Shown one piece after another: positions 12,170 to 24,499 of a stretch of 64,000 nt of DNA. The first letter of the stretch is position 1, and each line of letters opens with the position of its first letter. The position numbers and the translations under genes are program-made. The notes beneath the pieces are model-generated. The model searched no databases, was not told the DNA's origin, and saw only the letters and a program-made list of their open reading frames with translations. This DNA comes from Centroscyllium fabricii (taxonomy: Eukaryota): the NCBI GenBank assembly GCA_051313645.2, contig JBNRSN020000001.1:382974001-383038000 (forward strand). The letters are read 5' to 3'.

Positions 12170-14663
12170 AGGCCCTGTCACACCTAGACGTTTTAGCCAG
12201 CCTATGCAAATGAGGCTAAAACGCTAAACTTTTGACACTTTGTTCAATTTTTGCGGTGTAGTAGTGTATTCATAACGTATGCCCAACGATAGTCTAACGT
12301 ATGCATAGCGCGCGGCAGCGTATCGCCAAAGATCACGTGGTGTAGACTATTCAAAGGCTGCCATTGGACGATTCAAATCATACCACTACAGATTTAATAA
12401 AAGTTGAGCAAACTCTTGATGTTTGCTGATTTTATTGCTTTAATATTTAAATCATTACAACAATAATTAACAATAATAAATTCAATCACTTTGAAAAAGG
12501 TATAATAATATAATGTACATGTATATTGAAAAGTGGATAATTGAAAAAAAGGCTTTAAGATGTTCATTTCAGGAGGAAAGTCTCTTTATTGCCTGAACAA
12601 TGCTGTAATACAAATATCTAAATCATCCTATCTTGCCACGGAACTGCGCCAGCTGTGGAGTTAACCCAGTGCTTGAGGAGATTCCTCTGTTTCCTTCCGT
12701 CCTTGGAGGCAGTGTTGGGGCCAGCAGCTGTCTGTGTATCCTCCAACTGATGTCCCTTTCGCCATGCTCCTGGAACAAGGTCGCGGTTCTCATTTTCTGC
12801 CTGGTCAAGCTGCTGGTTCTGTAGTCCTGGGTACCTGGAATTTGAATTTGATTTTATTTACTTATAAAGCGCACCTATAATGAAAACATATATTCTAATG
12901 CGCTGTACATTAAAAAGTAATATAATGATACATGTAAAATTTAAGGTAAATCATATAATGTTTATAAGCATAGGCTAAAAGTTAAATTTCATTGTATACT
13001 GTATAATATATGCTATGTAAACATTAATTACCTGGTCCTCATGAGGTTGTGCAGGATCAAGCATGCTTTGACAATGAGCTTGACAGTGGAGGGGTGATGC
13101 TGCATGGTACTTAGCAGAACCTGGAATCTGTTAGCCAGGATGCCGAATGCATTTTCTACTACCCTTCTTGCTCGGCTAAGCCTGTAGTTGAAGATGCGTT
13201 CTTCATTCGTCATTCCACGGAGGCTGAATGGCTTCATCATGGTTGGTCGTAAGGCGAAGGCATCGTCACCGATGAAGAAGTAAGGCACGTCCTGGTTGTC
13301 GTAGGGAAGAGGCTCAGGGTCACTGAAACCAAGGGTACCGTCTTCAGCGCATTCCTTTAGCTCAGAGTCATTGTATATCTGCGCATCTGATGCAGATCCA
13401 GTACCGCCGACATCTGCCCAAATAAATTTGTAGTCTGCATCTACAAGCGCCATCAGAACAATGGAGTAGAATCCTTTGTAATTGTAGTACTGTGACCCAG
13501 TCTTTGGAGGACAGCGGCAGGCCACGTGCTTCCCGTCAAGTGCCCCACATGTATGGGGAAAGTTCCATCTTTGGAAGAACTTGTCAGCTATGGCGCGCCA
13601 ACCATCAGGAGTAGTTGGGCAAACCATCACCTCATCCACGTATTCGTCAATAATGGCTTGACAGACTTCTCTGACCACTATGGACTGGGTGTTGTGAGGG
13701 ACCCTCCATGCGAACTTCATCGAGGCATACTTGTTTCCAGAGGCAAGGTGACGCAAAGTCATTGCCAGCTTCATGCCAGGCTCAAGCGGATCCCTGTAGA
13801 AGGTGTACTGCTTGGTTATCCTTGGACCCACTCTGGCTAGCAGCTCGTCGAACATCGCTGGGGGCATACGCAGGAAGTTGGTGAAGGATGCATGGTCCTC
13901 GTTACGGAGTTCCACCATGAGCTGGTCATACATGCCAAACTGCCGTCGCCTCCCGATCCATGGTCTCACCCAGTTCCTTCTCCTCCGTTCAGCTAATCTT
14001 CTCTTGGCTCTTTTGGCACGCCTCTGGTACAGTGTAAAATCGAAGAGTGCTTGTTGATGTTGGAGGACAGCTAGTAGTAATTCTCGTCTTGCCGGATCCT
14101 CCATCTCTTGGATTACATGGACATCTGCTCACCATGGAGTCTGGAACACTGACTGGTTCCTCCTGTGAAACCCCTTTTTATATACCAAATTCCCTAAACG
14201 CTGCCAGTACGCCATTATACGTTAGCTGTACGTTAGAAACACGTTCAGTAAGGTCTGTGGTCGTCCGCAAGACGTCAAATACGTCTACATACGTCAATAT
14301 GCGTTGGAGATACGTTACGCATAAGTTCAAAGCACGTTACTCATAGGTTAGACATAAGTTCCTGGAAAAATAGGCATTATCTCGACGTATTATGACGTAT
14401 GACTAAAGTGTGTCAACGATCGCCTAACGTGCCTGCAACGTATGTTCAGCGTATGCTGAGCGTATAAATAGTTACATTTGTACGTCGTGATTTTTTGTGC
14501 ATGCACAAAAAATCACGACTTAAACGACGTATACAGCTTATGCCCAGCATATGGCAACGTGCTCCTACCGTATGCATAACGTACCCATAACTTGTCCAAC
14601 GTATACCAGCGTATCGGCCAAATTTGCATACGCAAGCTAAAACGTCAAGGTGTGACAGGGCCT
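12170..14663 (-). mobile_element. Young PIF/Harbinger DNA transposon, about 2.5 kb, single gene
   Basis: TIRs of about 40 bp (AGGCCCTGTCACACCTAGACGTTTTAGC... and ...GCTAAAACGTCAAGGTGTGACAGGGCCT). Flanks TAA/TTA. CpG-rich subterminal repeats (AACGTATGC-like). Confidence 0.92.
12618..14104 (-). CDS. Harbinger DDE transposase, 2 exons (14104-13032, 12834-12618), 429 aa, apparently intact
   Basis: Motifs GALDGKHV, YNYKGFYSIVLMA, IGDDAF, RARRVVENAFGIL. A 197-bp GT-AG intron (13031-12835) restores the C-terminus RNLLKHWVNSTAGAVPWQDRMI*. Confidence 0.9.
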
Positions 14664-14702
14664 TTATCTGCTGTAATCAAGTAAAGTCCAGAGGATACCA
14701 GT

Positions 14703-14931
14703 CGGCTGAAATAACAACAGAAAACCCTGGAGAAACTCAGCAGGCCAGGCAGCATCAGTGGAGAGAGAAAGAGTTGATATTTCAGGTCGATGACCTTTCT
14801 TCTGAAGAATGGTCATCGACCTGAAATGTCAACTCTGTTTCTCTCTCCACTGATGCTGCCTGGCCTGCTGAGTTTCTCCAGCGTTTTCTGTTGTTATTTC
14901 CGATTTCCAAAATCCGCAGTATTTTGCTATC
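14703..14931 (+). mobile_element. Penelope-type pLTR insertion with an inverted copy (about 190-bp palindrome) and a hammerhead core
   Basis: Inverted arms 14708-14802 and 14804-14900. Flanked by the 8-bp direct repeat ATACCAGT (14695-14702, 14932-14939). CTGAAGA..GGTC atc GACC.GAAA at 14802-14826. Confidence 0.8.
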
Positions 14932-15045
14932 ATACCAGTAGACTGATTGTTTTGATGTGCATGTGTGTGTGTTTAAAAAAAACTTGTTTCAAATGAATTG
15001 GTCTTACTGTCAATTTAATGCCAGTTGAAATAAAAAAACTTGCAC

Positions 15046-16500
15046 AGCCCACTCATGCCTGGTGACCCACCAAGTTCAGATTCCGCCTCTATACTACGCT
15101 CTAAAGTGCGCACAGTGTCATTTTCTGGGCTGGTACCTGGGTGTGTCAGATCGAGTGACGGTGCCTCTTCTTCTCCATCACGCTTTTCCACTACTTCTGG
15201 TTGCACAGACTGGGCTGCTAGCAGTTCTTGGGTATCTGAAAGGACAAAGGCACAAGGGTCAGGCTGTGCTGAGGGGCTGGGGAAAGCACGGTGTGCATGC
15301 TTACACCATCAGCAGCTTGTAAGTGAGAAGAAATTGTGGGATGAGGGGAAAGTGGGATGTGAGAAGAAGGATTAGGCATGAGCATACCATCATCATCAAT
15401 GCTTTCAGCTTCGTGCAGTGCTGCGGCCTCAGTGACAGCCCCTCCAATGGTCTCCAGCACAGTCTCCTCCAGCTGAGTCAGGTTGTGCAGCCGTGCTTGC
15501 CCCCCTCCCCTGTTTGTTCTGACTCTCTCCTGTTATGAGCCACCTTGGTCTGCAAGAGAAATGGAAGTGTGTCACTGGCTGTGGTTTAATGTGTTTGGGT
15601 GATGTGTCCATCATGGTTGCATAGCTGCCATCGTGTGCCAGGTGTGAGATGTGGGTGTGAGACTTGCATAGAAACATAGAAGATAGGAGCAGGAGTAGGC
15701 CATTCGGCCCTTCGAGCCTGCTCCGCCATTCAATGAGATCATGGCTGATCATCTAAACCCAGCACCCTATCCCTGCCTTCTCCCCATATCCCTCGATGCC
15801 TATTGAGCCTGCACCAACACATATCCCACCCTATCCCCATAACCCCACATATTCAATCCCCCTAACACTGAGGGTCAATTTATCCTGGCCAATCAACCTA
15901 ACCCGCACATCTTTGGACTGTGGGAGGAAACCGGAGCACCCGGAGGAAACCCACGCAGACACGGGGAGAATGTGCAAACTCCACAGAGATAGTACCCGAG
16001 GCTGGATTTGAACCCGGGTCTCTCTAGTGCTGTGAGGCAACAGTGCTAACCACTATGCCACCATGCCGCCCATCGTGTGGGTGGTAAGTTGCAGCAGTGG
16101 TAAGTGAGTGAGGGTGAGGTGAAGCTATGATTGTGAGGTATGAGTCGTGATTCCTAGAGATTGTTGGTAGGTGAGTGATGGGGGTGTGGTGCATTGAGAA
16201 GTGTGTGAGGCTAGTGGTGCAGATGGTGGAATATGGCATTTGAAGATGTACTCACTCACCTTGACCACTCATGTGAGTTCATTAAACTTCTTCCGTGACT
16301 GGATCCATGTCCTGGGGACAACACTGTTGGCGCTAACAGCTTCTGCGATTTCCTCCCACTGTCTTCGCACAGTGTCTGGAAGGCCTCCTGCCGCCCTGTG
16401 GGTAGAGGACCTGTCTCCTCCTGTACACCCCCTGTACCAAGACCACCAGTGCTGTGTCTCTGAAATGGGGTGCATTTCCTCTCTCCCCTGTTGAGACATA
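15046..16500 (-). pseudogene. Decayed multi-exon Myb/SANT-like gene of an older Harbinger element; exon 3 appears to continue at about 11620-11737
   Basis: RRQWEEIAEAVSANSVVPRTWIQSRKKFNELT followed by a GTGAGT donor near 16260. Exon 2 resembles the Myb/SANT exon 2 at 34151-34310. Confidence 0.75.
15668..16068 (-). mobile_element. tRNA-derived V-domain SINE with a CR1-type tail (HE1-like)
   Basis: Pol III A/B boxes, V-domain (gtggagtttgcacattctccccgtgtctgcgtgggtttcctccgggtgctccgg), and a tail shared with the CR1 fragments. Confidence 0.9.
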
Positions 16501-18094
16501 GTGCTCCAGCTCCAGCCACTATGAGGTACTTCTGTAACAAAGCACCTCCCCTTTAAGAAGTGCTGAACAGCCTTTGATTCTACAGGCAAATTTTAAATAG
16601 TGAGCAGACGCCACATGATATTGGGCCCCTGTTGAGCACTGAGCCAACCAGCAGTGCGTTCAGCGCGGAGCTCAGCACTGCAACCATGGTAATGAGCAGG
16701 CAGCACGAATTTCGCACCTTGTGATCCCCATGCCAGTTTTCAGGCCTTATCAAATTTTACCACCCCCCGCCCCCCAACTGTGAGCTAGAGTCCCTTTAAG
16801 CTGCTGCTCTAGAGATCCCGAGCACCCGGTGGGCCGGCTTTTAAATGCAAAAGCCGCACATGCTTCTCTCATTGGCACAGCCTCTGATGGCAAACATTGA
16901 CAAACATCCATGTCACACCACTGGTGCTGTGGTGCTGGACTATCTTTTTCCCCTCAAGTCATTCAGAATGCTTTCTGAAATAAATTTTGTCTGCCATTTT
17001 TTTCTCAGTAACTGAACGATCTAATGCCCAAAATAAAATAAAAATGCATATTCCATGCTAACATGATTACATTTATTAATTGAATCACTTTTTATGTTTT
17101 TTAGTTTTTACTTTAAGGCCTCAGCCTATCTCAAAAGCCTGCACTTTAACGAGATATTTTCCCCATGACAGTTAGAGAGCTTTCGAGCGCATCTGTGTTT
17201 TTTGAGCAAATACAGTTTGCAGAACTTCCCAGATTGCAAACTATACACCAGCAGAAATTGAATGTTGGAAGGGTGGGTCCTCTCACCCTGTGAGGATTTG
17301 AGAGTTAGCTGACGTACATGAACAATAGTTGTAAACAACACACATCAATAGAAGCACCTGCAATCTCGGTTTCTTGCTTTGCTCTTTCCAAAAGATTTAT
17401 GAACCAGAGAATTAATTCTCAATGCTATTTTTCCCCTCCAGAAAGTGAATGACATTTATACAAATGTATTACAAAGTGTGCTTTTCTGTTAATAGCTCCT
17501 AACAGACAACCACTACCTGGAAAAGCACGTGAACAAAAGAACCCATGATCATAATATTTTTGTTGATGATTAGAAAAGAAAATGATTGTTTATAGAGAAC
17601 GGATTACTATTTATTACTGTTAAAAATTCAGTTAAAACATTCTGAGTCTTAAGGATTTTTTAAATATAAAAGCTTGAAAATTTCATACATGCTGAAGTTT
17701 TAAGTTGTTTATGAGGTTATTTGCTTATAGAAAGTTATGTTCATTAAAGATTGTATAAATTGGAAAATTCAGACGTAGTCTTCAGGTGAAGTGGGATTAA
17801 AGGAGAGGGAATAATGGGACCAGGATTTACCTAAATTCATGCAACCTTGAAGTTGTATCTTTTAGACAAAAATAATAATTATATGCCTAATATGTAGCAT
17901 CACTACAATGTTTACATAGCCGAAGGTCAGTTAAGAAATGCAGAGCATACAGTAGAGAAAAAACTGAAAACAAGTTACAATTTGTACAGTCTATCAACTG
18001 ACCCTCACGTCCCATGTTAATGCCACCAATTTCTGTTTTGCTCTCTAGCACTAAAAAGATAAAACCGTAAAATGATTAAATTAACATAGAATTG

Positions 18095-18330
18095 CATTCA
18101 CACCATCACCTCCAAGTTCCCCTCCAAGTCATACACCATCCTGACTTGGCCATATATCGCCATTCCTTCTTTCCTGGGTCAAAATTCTGGAACTCCCTAC
18201 CTAACCATATCTTCATCACATGGACTGCAGCGGTTCAAGAAGGCTCCTCACCACCATCCCAAAGGGCAACTAGGTATGGGCAATAAATGCTGGCCTTGCT
18301 AGCGACACCCAAATTCCCAGAATGAATTAT
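18095..18330 (+). mobile_element. LINE 3' tail fragment
   Basis: Encodes SKFWNSLPN and ends gggcaataaatgctggcc. The same tail occurs at 10870-11060 and about 54340-54408. Confidence 0.7.
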
Positions 18331-19142
18331 TTAAAAATTAGGAAAAAATGTTAACTGTGTTAGATTAGCTTGTAAACTGCAGCTATTGAGAATGGTAATT
18401 ACATCACGTCTGCCTCCAGTGGCATTTCAGAGTATACACAGATAAGTTCCAATATATTAGTGCAGCTATTTGATGTACAGTACAAATTTTATGGTAACAA
18501 GTGCCCTACCAATTGCCAAAATCATTGGGATACTTCCTATTAATATCAATTTTGAGTTTTGAATTGATGTTGGCATCAAACCTATAGTAAACATAACAAG
18601 TTTAAATTCTGTTCTTCGAAATACAGGGGAGAAATTGGATAGAAACTGGACTAAGGGAACGATCCCTGCTTCGGAACAGGTAAGCCCGAGGGCCGATCAA
18701 AATTGGCGATTAGGCGTCATTAAAATCTCAGTTGGGTCTGAGAGGTGGGGGAGGAGGCTGACAACAGTCTTTGGGACAACTGTAGAGCCACAGGCAGAAC
18801 TCCTCCACAACCCGGCTCCACATTCAGGTAGCTTTTACAAAATTTGCCATTCTGGCGGCAGCTTCCAGCGGGCCTGTTAAAGACCGTTGGTTATCTGTAG
18901 ACCTGCCATCTGTAGACCTTGTTATCCTGAATGCAGCAGGCCCGGTGCCCGGACTCCTCAAACAGGCATCGCCCCCCTTATTTGCACATGCAAAGGGAAT
19001 AATGACTGTTTCAGGTGTGAGCCCTGGGCACCTATACTGGAGCCTTTACCAATATGGCGGGCGGCGCACTTCTACTGCAGAATGTGCACGCATCCTCCCC
19101 TCCATGTTGGATGCTTAGGTGCCAATAAATTTCATGGCCTAT

Positions 19143-19307
19143 GGCCTAGAAATTCATCTCGGGTGGTGGTGAAAAACGGGCGGTATTGGATTGGCCACCC
19201 ATAATACACCTGACTGCAATAGAACTGAGTATCAGTCACTGCGTATAACGGGTGGCCGATTCAACACCGCCCGCTTTGCGCCACTGCACGAGACGAATTT
19301 CTAGCCC
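19143..19307. mobile_element. Short Harbinger-type MITE; a larger related non-autonomous element probably lies at 18626-19139
   Basis: TIRs GGCCTAGAAATTCATCTC and GAGACGAATTTCTAGCCC, similar to the GGNNNGAATTT termini of the large Harbingers. Confidence 0.6.
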
Positions 19308-19450
19308 TTTATCTTTTCTTAGGGAAAACTTAAAAAACAAAGGTAGGTTAATAAATAGAAATCACTCCACAGCTTTGACATCCTTCAATTCCGCAGAATT
19401 TATATCAACAGTGAGAATGGCGATCTTTCAGCTTTCATACTGGAATCATT

Positions 19451-19858
19451 TTAGAAACATAGAAACATAGAAGATAGGAGCAGGAGTAGGCCATTCGGCC
19501 CTTCGAGCCTGCTCCGCCATTCAATGAGATCATGGCTGATCATCCAAACCCAGCACCCCATCCCTGCCTTGTCCCCATATCCCTCGATCCCTATCGAGCC
19601 TGCACCGACACACATCCCACCCTATCCTGGCAACCCCACATATTTAATCCCCCTAACACTAAGGGTCAATTTTATCCTGGCCAATCAACCTAACCCGCAC
19701 ATCTTTGGACTGTGGGAGGAAACCGGAGCACTCGGAGGAAACCCACGCAGACACGGGGAGAATGTGCAAACTCCACACAGATAGTACCCGAGGCTGGATT
19801 TGAACCCGGGTCTCTAGTGCTGAGACACAACAGTGCTAACCACTATTCCACCGTGCCG
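19451..19858 (-). mobile_element. HE1-like V-domain SINE
   Basis: Near-identical to 15668-16068. Confidence 0.9.
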
Positions 19859-19999
19859 CACTTTCTCTGAAGTGTGATGGATACTCTCAAATTTTTTATA
19901 TATATGTAATACATTTTGTGGATGTAGAATCAATTCCTTTTGTTCCTGGCAAATTGCATTAAACTGTGGAACAAACCTTCTCGCAGGCTATCTTTGTAA

Positions 20000-22900
20000 T
20001 GTAGTGCATGCAGGCCTGAAGAACCACGCTGGAGCCAGTGAGACAGGAAAACACTCGTTTATTACATTACAGGGACCAGGTAGCAAAGAGAGTGAGCCAC
20101 CTGGAGCAGGCTTATTTAAAGGGCCCGCGGCTGGTGATCTCATCACGCCGGAAGTCGAGGTGACGTTACCGTGTCACCCGATGGGCAGGGCCGTGCCCCG
20201 CGGTGCTCCCGAGGCGGATTCGATACCTTTGGTGGGTGTGTCGTCACACAGCTCCCCCCCAGAATCTGTGAGGGAGAATAAAGTAAAAATTAAAAAAGGG
20301 AGAATAAAGTGAAAATAAAAAATGAGTCTCAAGCGAGGCGTTGAGGTGGCCGGATGATGCGGCCGGCACGTGTCGTGCGCTGCTCCTTGTTCTGCGTGGG
20401 AGTGTGGGAGGGTTTTGGTGTGGGAGGGCGTCCGCATTTTGGTGGCTGCGCGGGGACTGTTGTCTCGCCCGCCATTACGTGTGCTGGTTTGAGCCGGTCT
20501 ATCGAGACGGTTTCAGTTCTGTTGCCCATTTTGATTTCAAAAGCCTTAGCTCCCGCCCGAAGCACTCTGTACGGTCCGTCGTACGGTGGCTGTAGTGGCG
20601 TTCGATGTGCGTCGTGGCGGACAAACACATTTTTGGCGTTCTTGATGCCGTCCAGTACCCGTGCTGCCGGCTCTCCGTGCCGGGCCACCGGTAGTGGTTT
20701 GAACGCTCGTGCCTGGTTGTTGAAGTCTTTGAGGCACTGGTCAGCTGACCAGGGAGCGTTAGGTTCTGCGAGGAACTTGCCTGGTACGGTTAAAGGTTGG
20801 CCGTAGACGAGTTCCGCCGCTGAGGCGTGCAGGTCTTCTTTGGCCGCTGAGCGCAGGCCGAGCATTACCCAGGGCAGGCGGTCGGTCCAGGTTGCGTCCT
20901 TCAGACTGGCCTGCAGGGAAGCTTTGATGGAGCGGTGGAACCGTTCGCAGAGTCCATTGGCCTGTGGGTGGTAAGCGGTGGTTCGGTGCAGGGTTCCCCC
21001 GAGGTCGCGGGCGATGGTCGCCCATAGTGTCGACGTGAATTGAGGGCCCCTGTCCGACCTGATGTCGGTGGGTACGCCGAAACGCGTGACCCAGGTGGCG
21101 ATGAAGGCCCTGGCCAGGTCCGCGCTGCTGGTAGCGATGAGTGGGACTGCCTCTGGCCAGCGAGTGCTGTGGTCGACCATGGTCATGACGTGCGTGTGTC
21201 CCCGTGATGGCGGTAGTGGTCCGACCAGGTCGATGTGGACGTGGTCGAAGCATCTAGCTGGTATGGTGAATGTTTCCAGCGGTGCCTTGATGTGTTTGTG
21301 CACCTTGGCGCACTGGCAGGCAGTGCAGGCGTTGGTCCAGGTGCGGACATCCTTGCGCAGGCCGCGCCAGACGAAACATGCCGAAATCAGCTTAGTGGAC
21401 GCGCGGGTGCCAGGGTGGGACAGGCCATGAAGGGTCTGGAAGATGTGTCGCCTCCATGCGTGGGGGACGACGGGTCTGGGCTGTGGGAGGGAGACGTCGC
21501 AGCGGACCGCTGTGGCTGTGGGCCCGTGTGCTACGCTGGCCAAGTGCAGGCCGGGGAGGTTGGTAGCTGGGTCGAGCAGGTCAGGGTCGGTTAGTTGGTC
21601 GGCCGCCAGTTTGGTGTAGTCGACCGCCGTTTGTACGGCGCTGATGGTGGGGCGTGACAGGCAGTCAGCAACCACGTTGTCGCGGCCGGCGATGTGCTGT
21701 ATGTCGGTGGTAAATTCCGACACGGCCGCGAGCTAGCGCTGCTGCCTGGCCGACCAGGGTTCGGCGATCTTAGCCATTGCTGACACAAGTGGCTTGTGAT
21801 CCACGAAGGCCGTGAAGTGGCGGCCCTCTAAGAGGAAGCGGAAGTGACGCACTGCGAGGTAGAGAGCGAGTAGCTCCCTGTCGAAGGCGCTATACTTGAC
21901 CTCTGGGGGCCGAAGTTGTCGGCTGAAAAAGGCCAGGGGTTGCCAGGAGTTGCCGGTCCACTGCTCGTAGACCACTCCGACAGCGTGGTCGGAGGCATCG
22001 GTGGTGAGGGTCACTCTGGCGTTGGGCCTAGGGTGGGCTAGGAGCGTGGCATTGGCCAGGGCGGTTTTGGTTGCGGTAAAGGCGGTGGTGGCTTCGGCCG
22101 TCCACTCGACCGCAGTTTTGTTAGACTGCCCGCGGGTGGCCTGATAAAGGGGTGCCATGAGAGCGGCTGCTCCTGGGATGAAGCGGTTATAAAAATTAAC
22201 CATCCTGAGGAATTCCTGCAGCCCCTTGATGGAGTGCGGGCGGGGGAATTCCTGGACCGCCTGCACCTTGGAGGGCAGGGGTATGGCCCCGGTTTGGGAA
22301 ATGCGGTGGCCGAGGAAGTCGATCGTCTCGAGGCCGAACCGACATTTGGAGGGGCTTAATATGAGGCCGTGTTTGACCAGGCGTTGGAACAGGGTCCTGA
22401 GATGGAGGAGGTGTTCCTGGGGGGAGGTGCTGGCCACGAGGATTTCGTCTAGGTAGACGAACGTGAACTGCAAGTCCCGTAGGACTGAGTCCATGAGGCG
22501 TTGGAAGGCCTGGGCTGCGTTTTTGAGTCCGAAGGGCATTCGGAGGAATTCGAATAGTCCAAATGGGGTAATGACGGCTGTCTTAGGGACATCCGCCGGG
22601 TGCACTGGTACCTGGTGGTAGCCCCGTACCAGGTGGATCTTGGAGAAGACCGTGCAGCCCGCTAACCTTGCTGAGAAATCTTGGATGTGGGGGACGGGGT
22701 ACCTGTCTGGGGTGGTGGCGTTGTTGAGGCGGCGGTAGTCTCCGCAGGGGCGCCAGCCACCGCCCGGCTTGGGGGCGATGTGGATGGGGGAGGCCCAGGG
22801 GCTGCTGGAGCGGCGGATTATGCCGAGCTGTTCTATGGTGCGGAACTCGGTGCGCGCGATCTCCAGTTTGGCCGGGTCCAGCCTGCGGGCGTGGGCATGG

Positions 22901-24499
22901 ACGGGAGGGCCGGTGGTGGTGATGTGATGCTCCACCCCATGTTTGGCCATGCGGGCTGTGAAGGTGGGGTTGGTGAGGGCTGGGAACTCCGCGAGGAACA
23001 TGCCGTACATGTCGGAGTTCCAGGCTCGGCAGTGTGCCGCTGCGTGGGCCTGGTGTGCCGGCCCTGTGGAGCATGCGATGGTCGACATGTTATGGAAGTC
23101 GACCAGTCGGCGCCGGGTCACGTCGACCAGGAGGCCGTGGGCGCAGAGGAAATCTGCCCCGAGGAGGGGTAATTTGACTTGGGCGGTGATAAAGTCCCAA
23201 TGGTACGTGTGGCCTGCTAGCTTGATGGTGAGCTTGCGGGTGCCGTACGTTTTTATTTCGGAGCCGTTTGCAGCATTGAGTGGCGGGCCCAGGGTGCCTT
23301 GTTTGGTTTCTGCGGGGGAGGCTGGCACGATGCTGTGCTGCGCGCCTGTGTCGCAGAGGAACCGGAGGCCTGTGCCGCTGTCCGTGACGTAGAGCAGTGC
23401 TCCAGAGCGGCCTACGGACATGGTGGGGCTTGAGCTGGGCTGGGGTTTGAAGGTGCAGGGCTGGACGCAGCGCTGCGCTTTGGCTTCAAACCGGGTGTGG
23501 TAGTAACACCAGCCGGTGCCTGTTGTACGTGGCCTTTTGCGGGGTCACGTTGGTCTGGGTTCAGACTTGGGGTCGGACTTGGGGTGCGCGTGGCGGGGCT
23601 CCGATGCCGTGGCAACGGGCTCGCACGTGGCGGAGCGGGTGCGCTCGGCCGTCATAAGCTTGTCGGCCTCCTCAGCCAGCTGTTCTCCGCTGTAGTGGCA
23701 GAGGGCCGTCAGAGCCGGTCTGACGGAGGGGGGCAGATTGAGGGGGAACAAGGTGCGCTTAATGGAGGCTGGGTCTGCGTTCAGCGCTTCCATTTGGGCC
23801 CAGAGGTCCGATGGGTCTGCGTCCCCGAGTTCGGGGAGGTTGATGAGCTGGCAGTCGTGCTCAAATTGGGAGGGGTGAATTTCTTAAGCAGCGCGGCCTT
23901 TAGGAATTCGTACCTGCCTGCTGCTGGTGCACGCTGTAGCGTCGGCCACATCCGGTCGACCGTGGTTTGTGGTAGTGCCACGAAGAGCAGGTTGTATCGA
24001 TCGTCCCTCTGGATGCCATGGATGCGGCAGCTGGTCTCGATGCAGAGGAACCAGGCCGCTGGGCGTAGCTCCCAGAACTCTGGCAGAGTTGGTTTGTGGC
24101 CGGAGTTCTGGCCCAGTCTTTGAGGTCGCGCTGCTTGGCTCCCTGATGGCATGTTGGTTGGGAGTGTTCTGAGGCAGCTAGGCTCTCAGTCCTGCAGCAA
24201 CTGCTTCATTTTTGTTCCCTTGGAAGACGTTCCAAGTACAGGGTCACCACTGTAGTGCATGCAGGCCTGAAGAACCACGCTGGAGCCAGTGAGACAGGAA
24301 AACACTCGTTTATTACATTACAGGGACCAGGTAGCAAAGAGAGTGAGCCACCTGGAGCAGGCTTATTTAAAGGGCCCGCGGTTGGTGATCTCATCACGCC
24401 GGAAGTCGAGGTGATGTCACCGCGTCACCCGATGGGCGGGGCCGTGCCCCGCGGTGCTCCCGAGGCAGATTCGATACCTTTGGTGAGCGTGTCGCCACA
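20000..24499 (-). mobile_element. Full-length CsRn1/Kabuki-like Gypsy retrotransposon (sister family to 3605-8054)
   Basis: 249-bp LTRs (20000-20248, 24251-24499) with about 9 differences. TSD GTAA. PBS TGGTGACCC at 24241-24249. Pol closely similar to 3892-7718. Confidence 0.95.
20329..24152 (-). pseudogene. gag-pol: Disrupted gag-pol (frameshifts in gag, stop at 21733, RT YLDD changed to YLDE)
   Basis: ORFs 23781-24152, 21733-23421 and 20329-21723 carry Gag, PR/RT/RNaseH and IN motifs. Confidence 0.92.

Noticed and set aside
15995-16068. tRNA-like sequence (also at about 19790-19858 and 54031-54120)
   Set aside because: These are SINE heads with A/B boxes and no complete cloverleaf, so they are not tRNA genes.
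17119-17370. Unique-looking sequence with splice-like signals
   Set aside because: All frames close quickly. It may be a conserved non-coding element but nothing in the sequence supports that.
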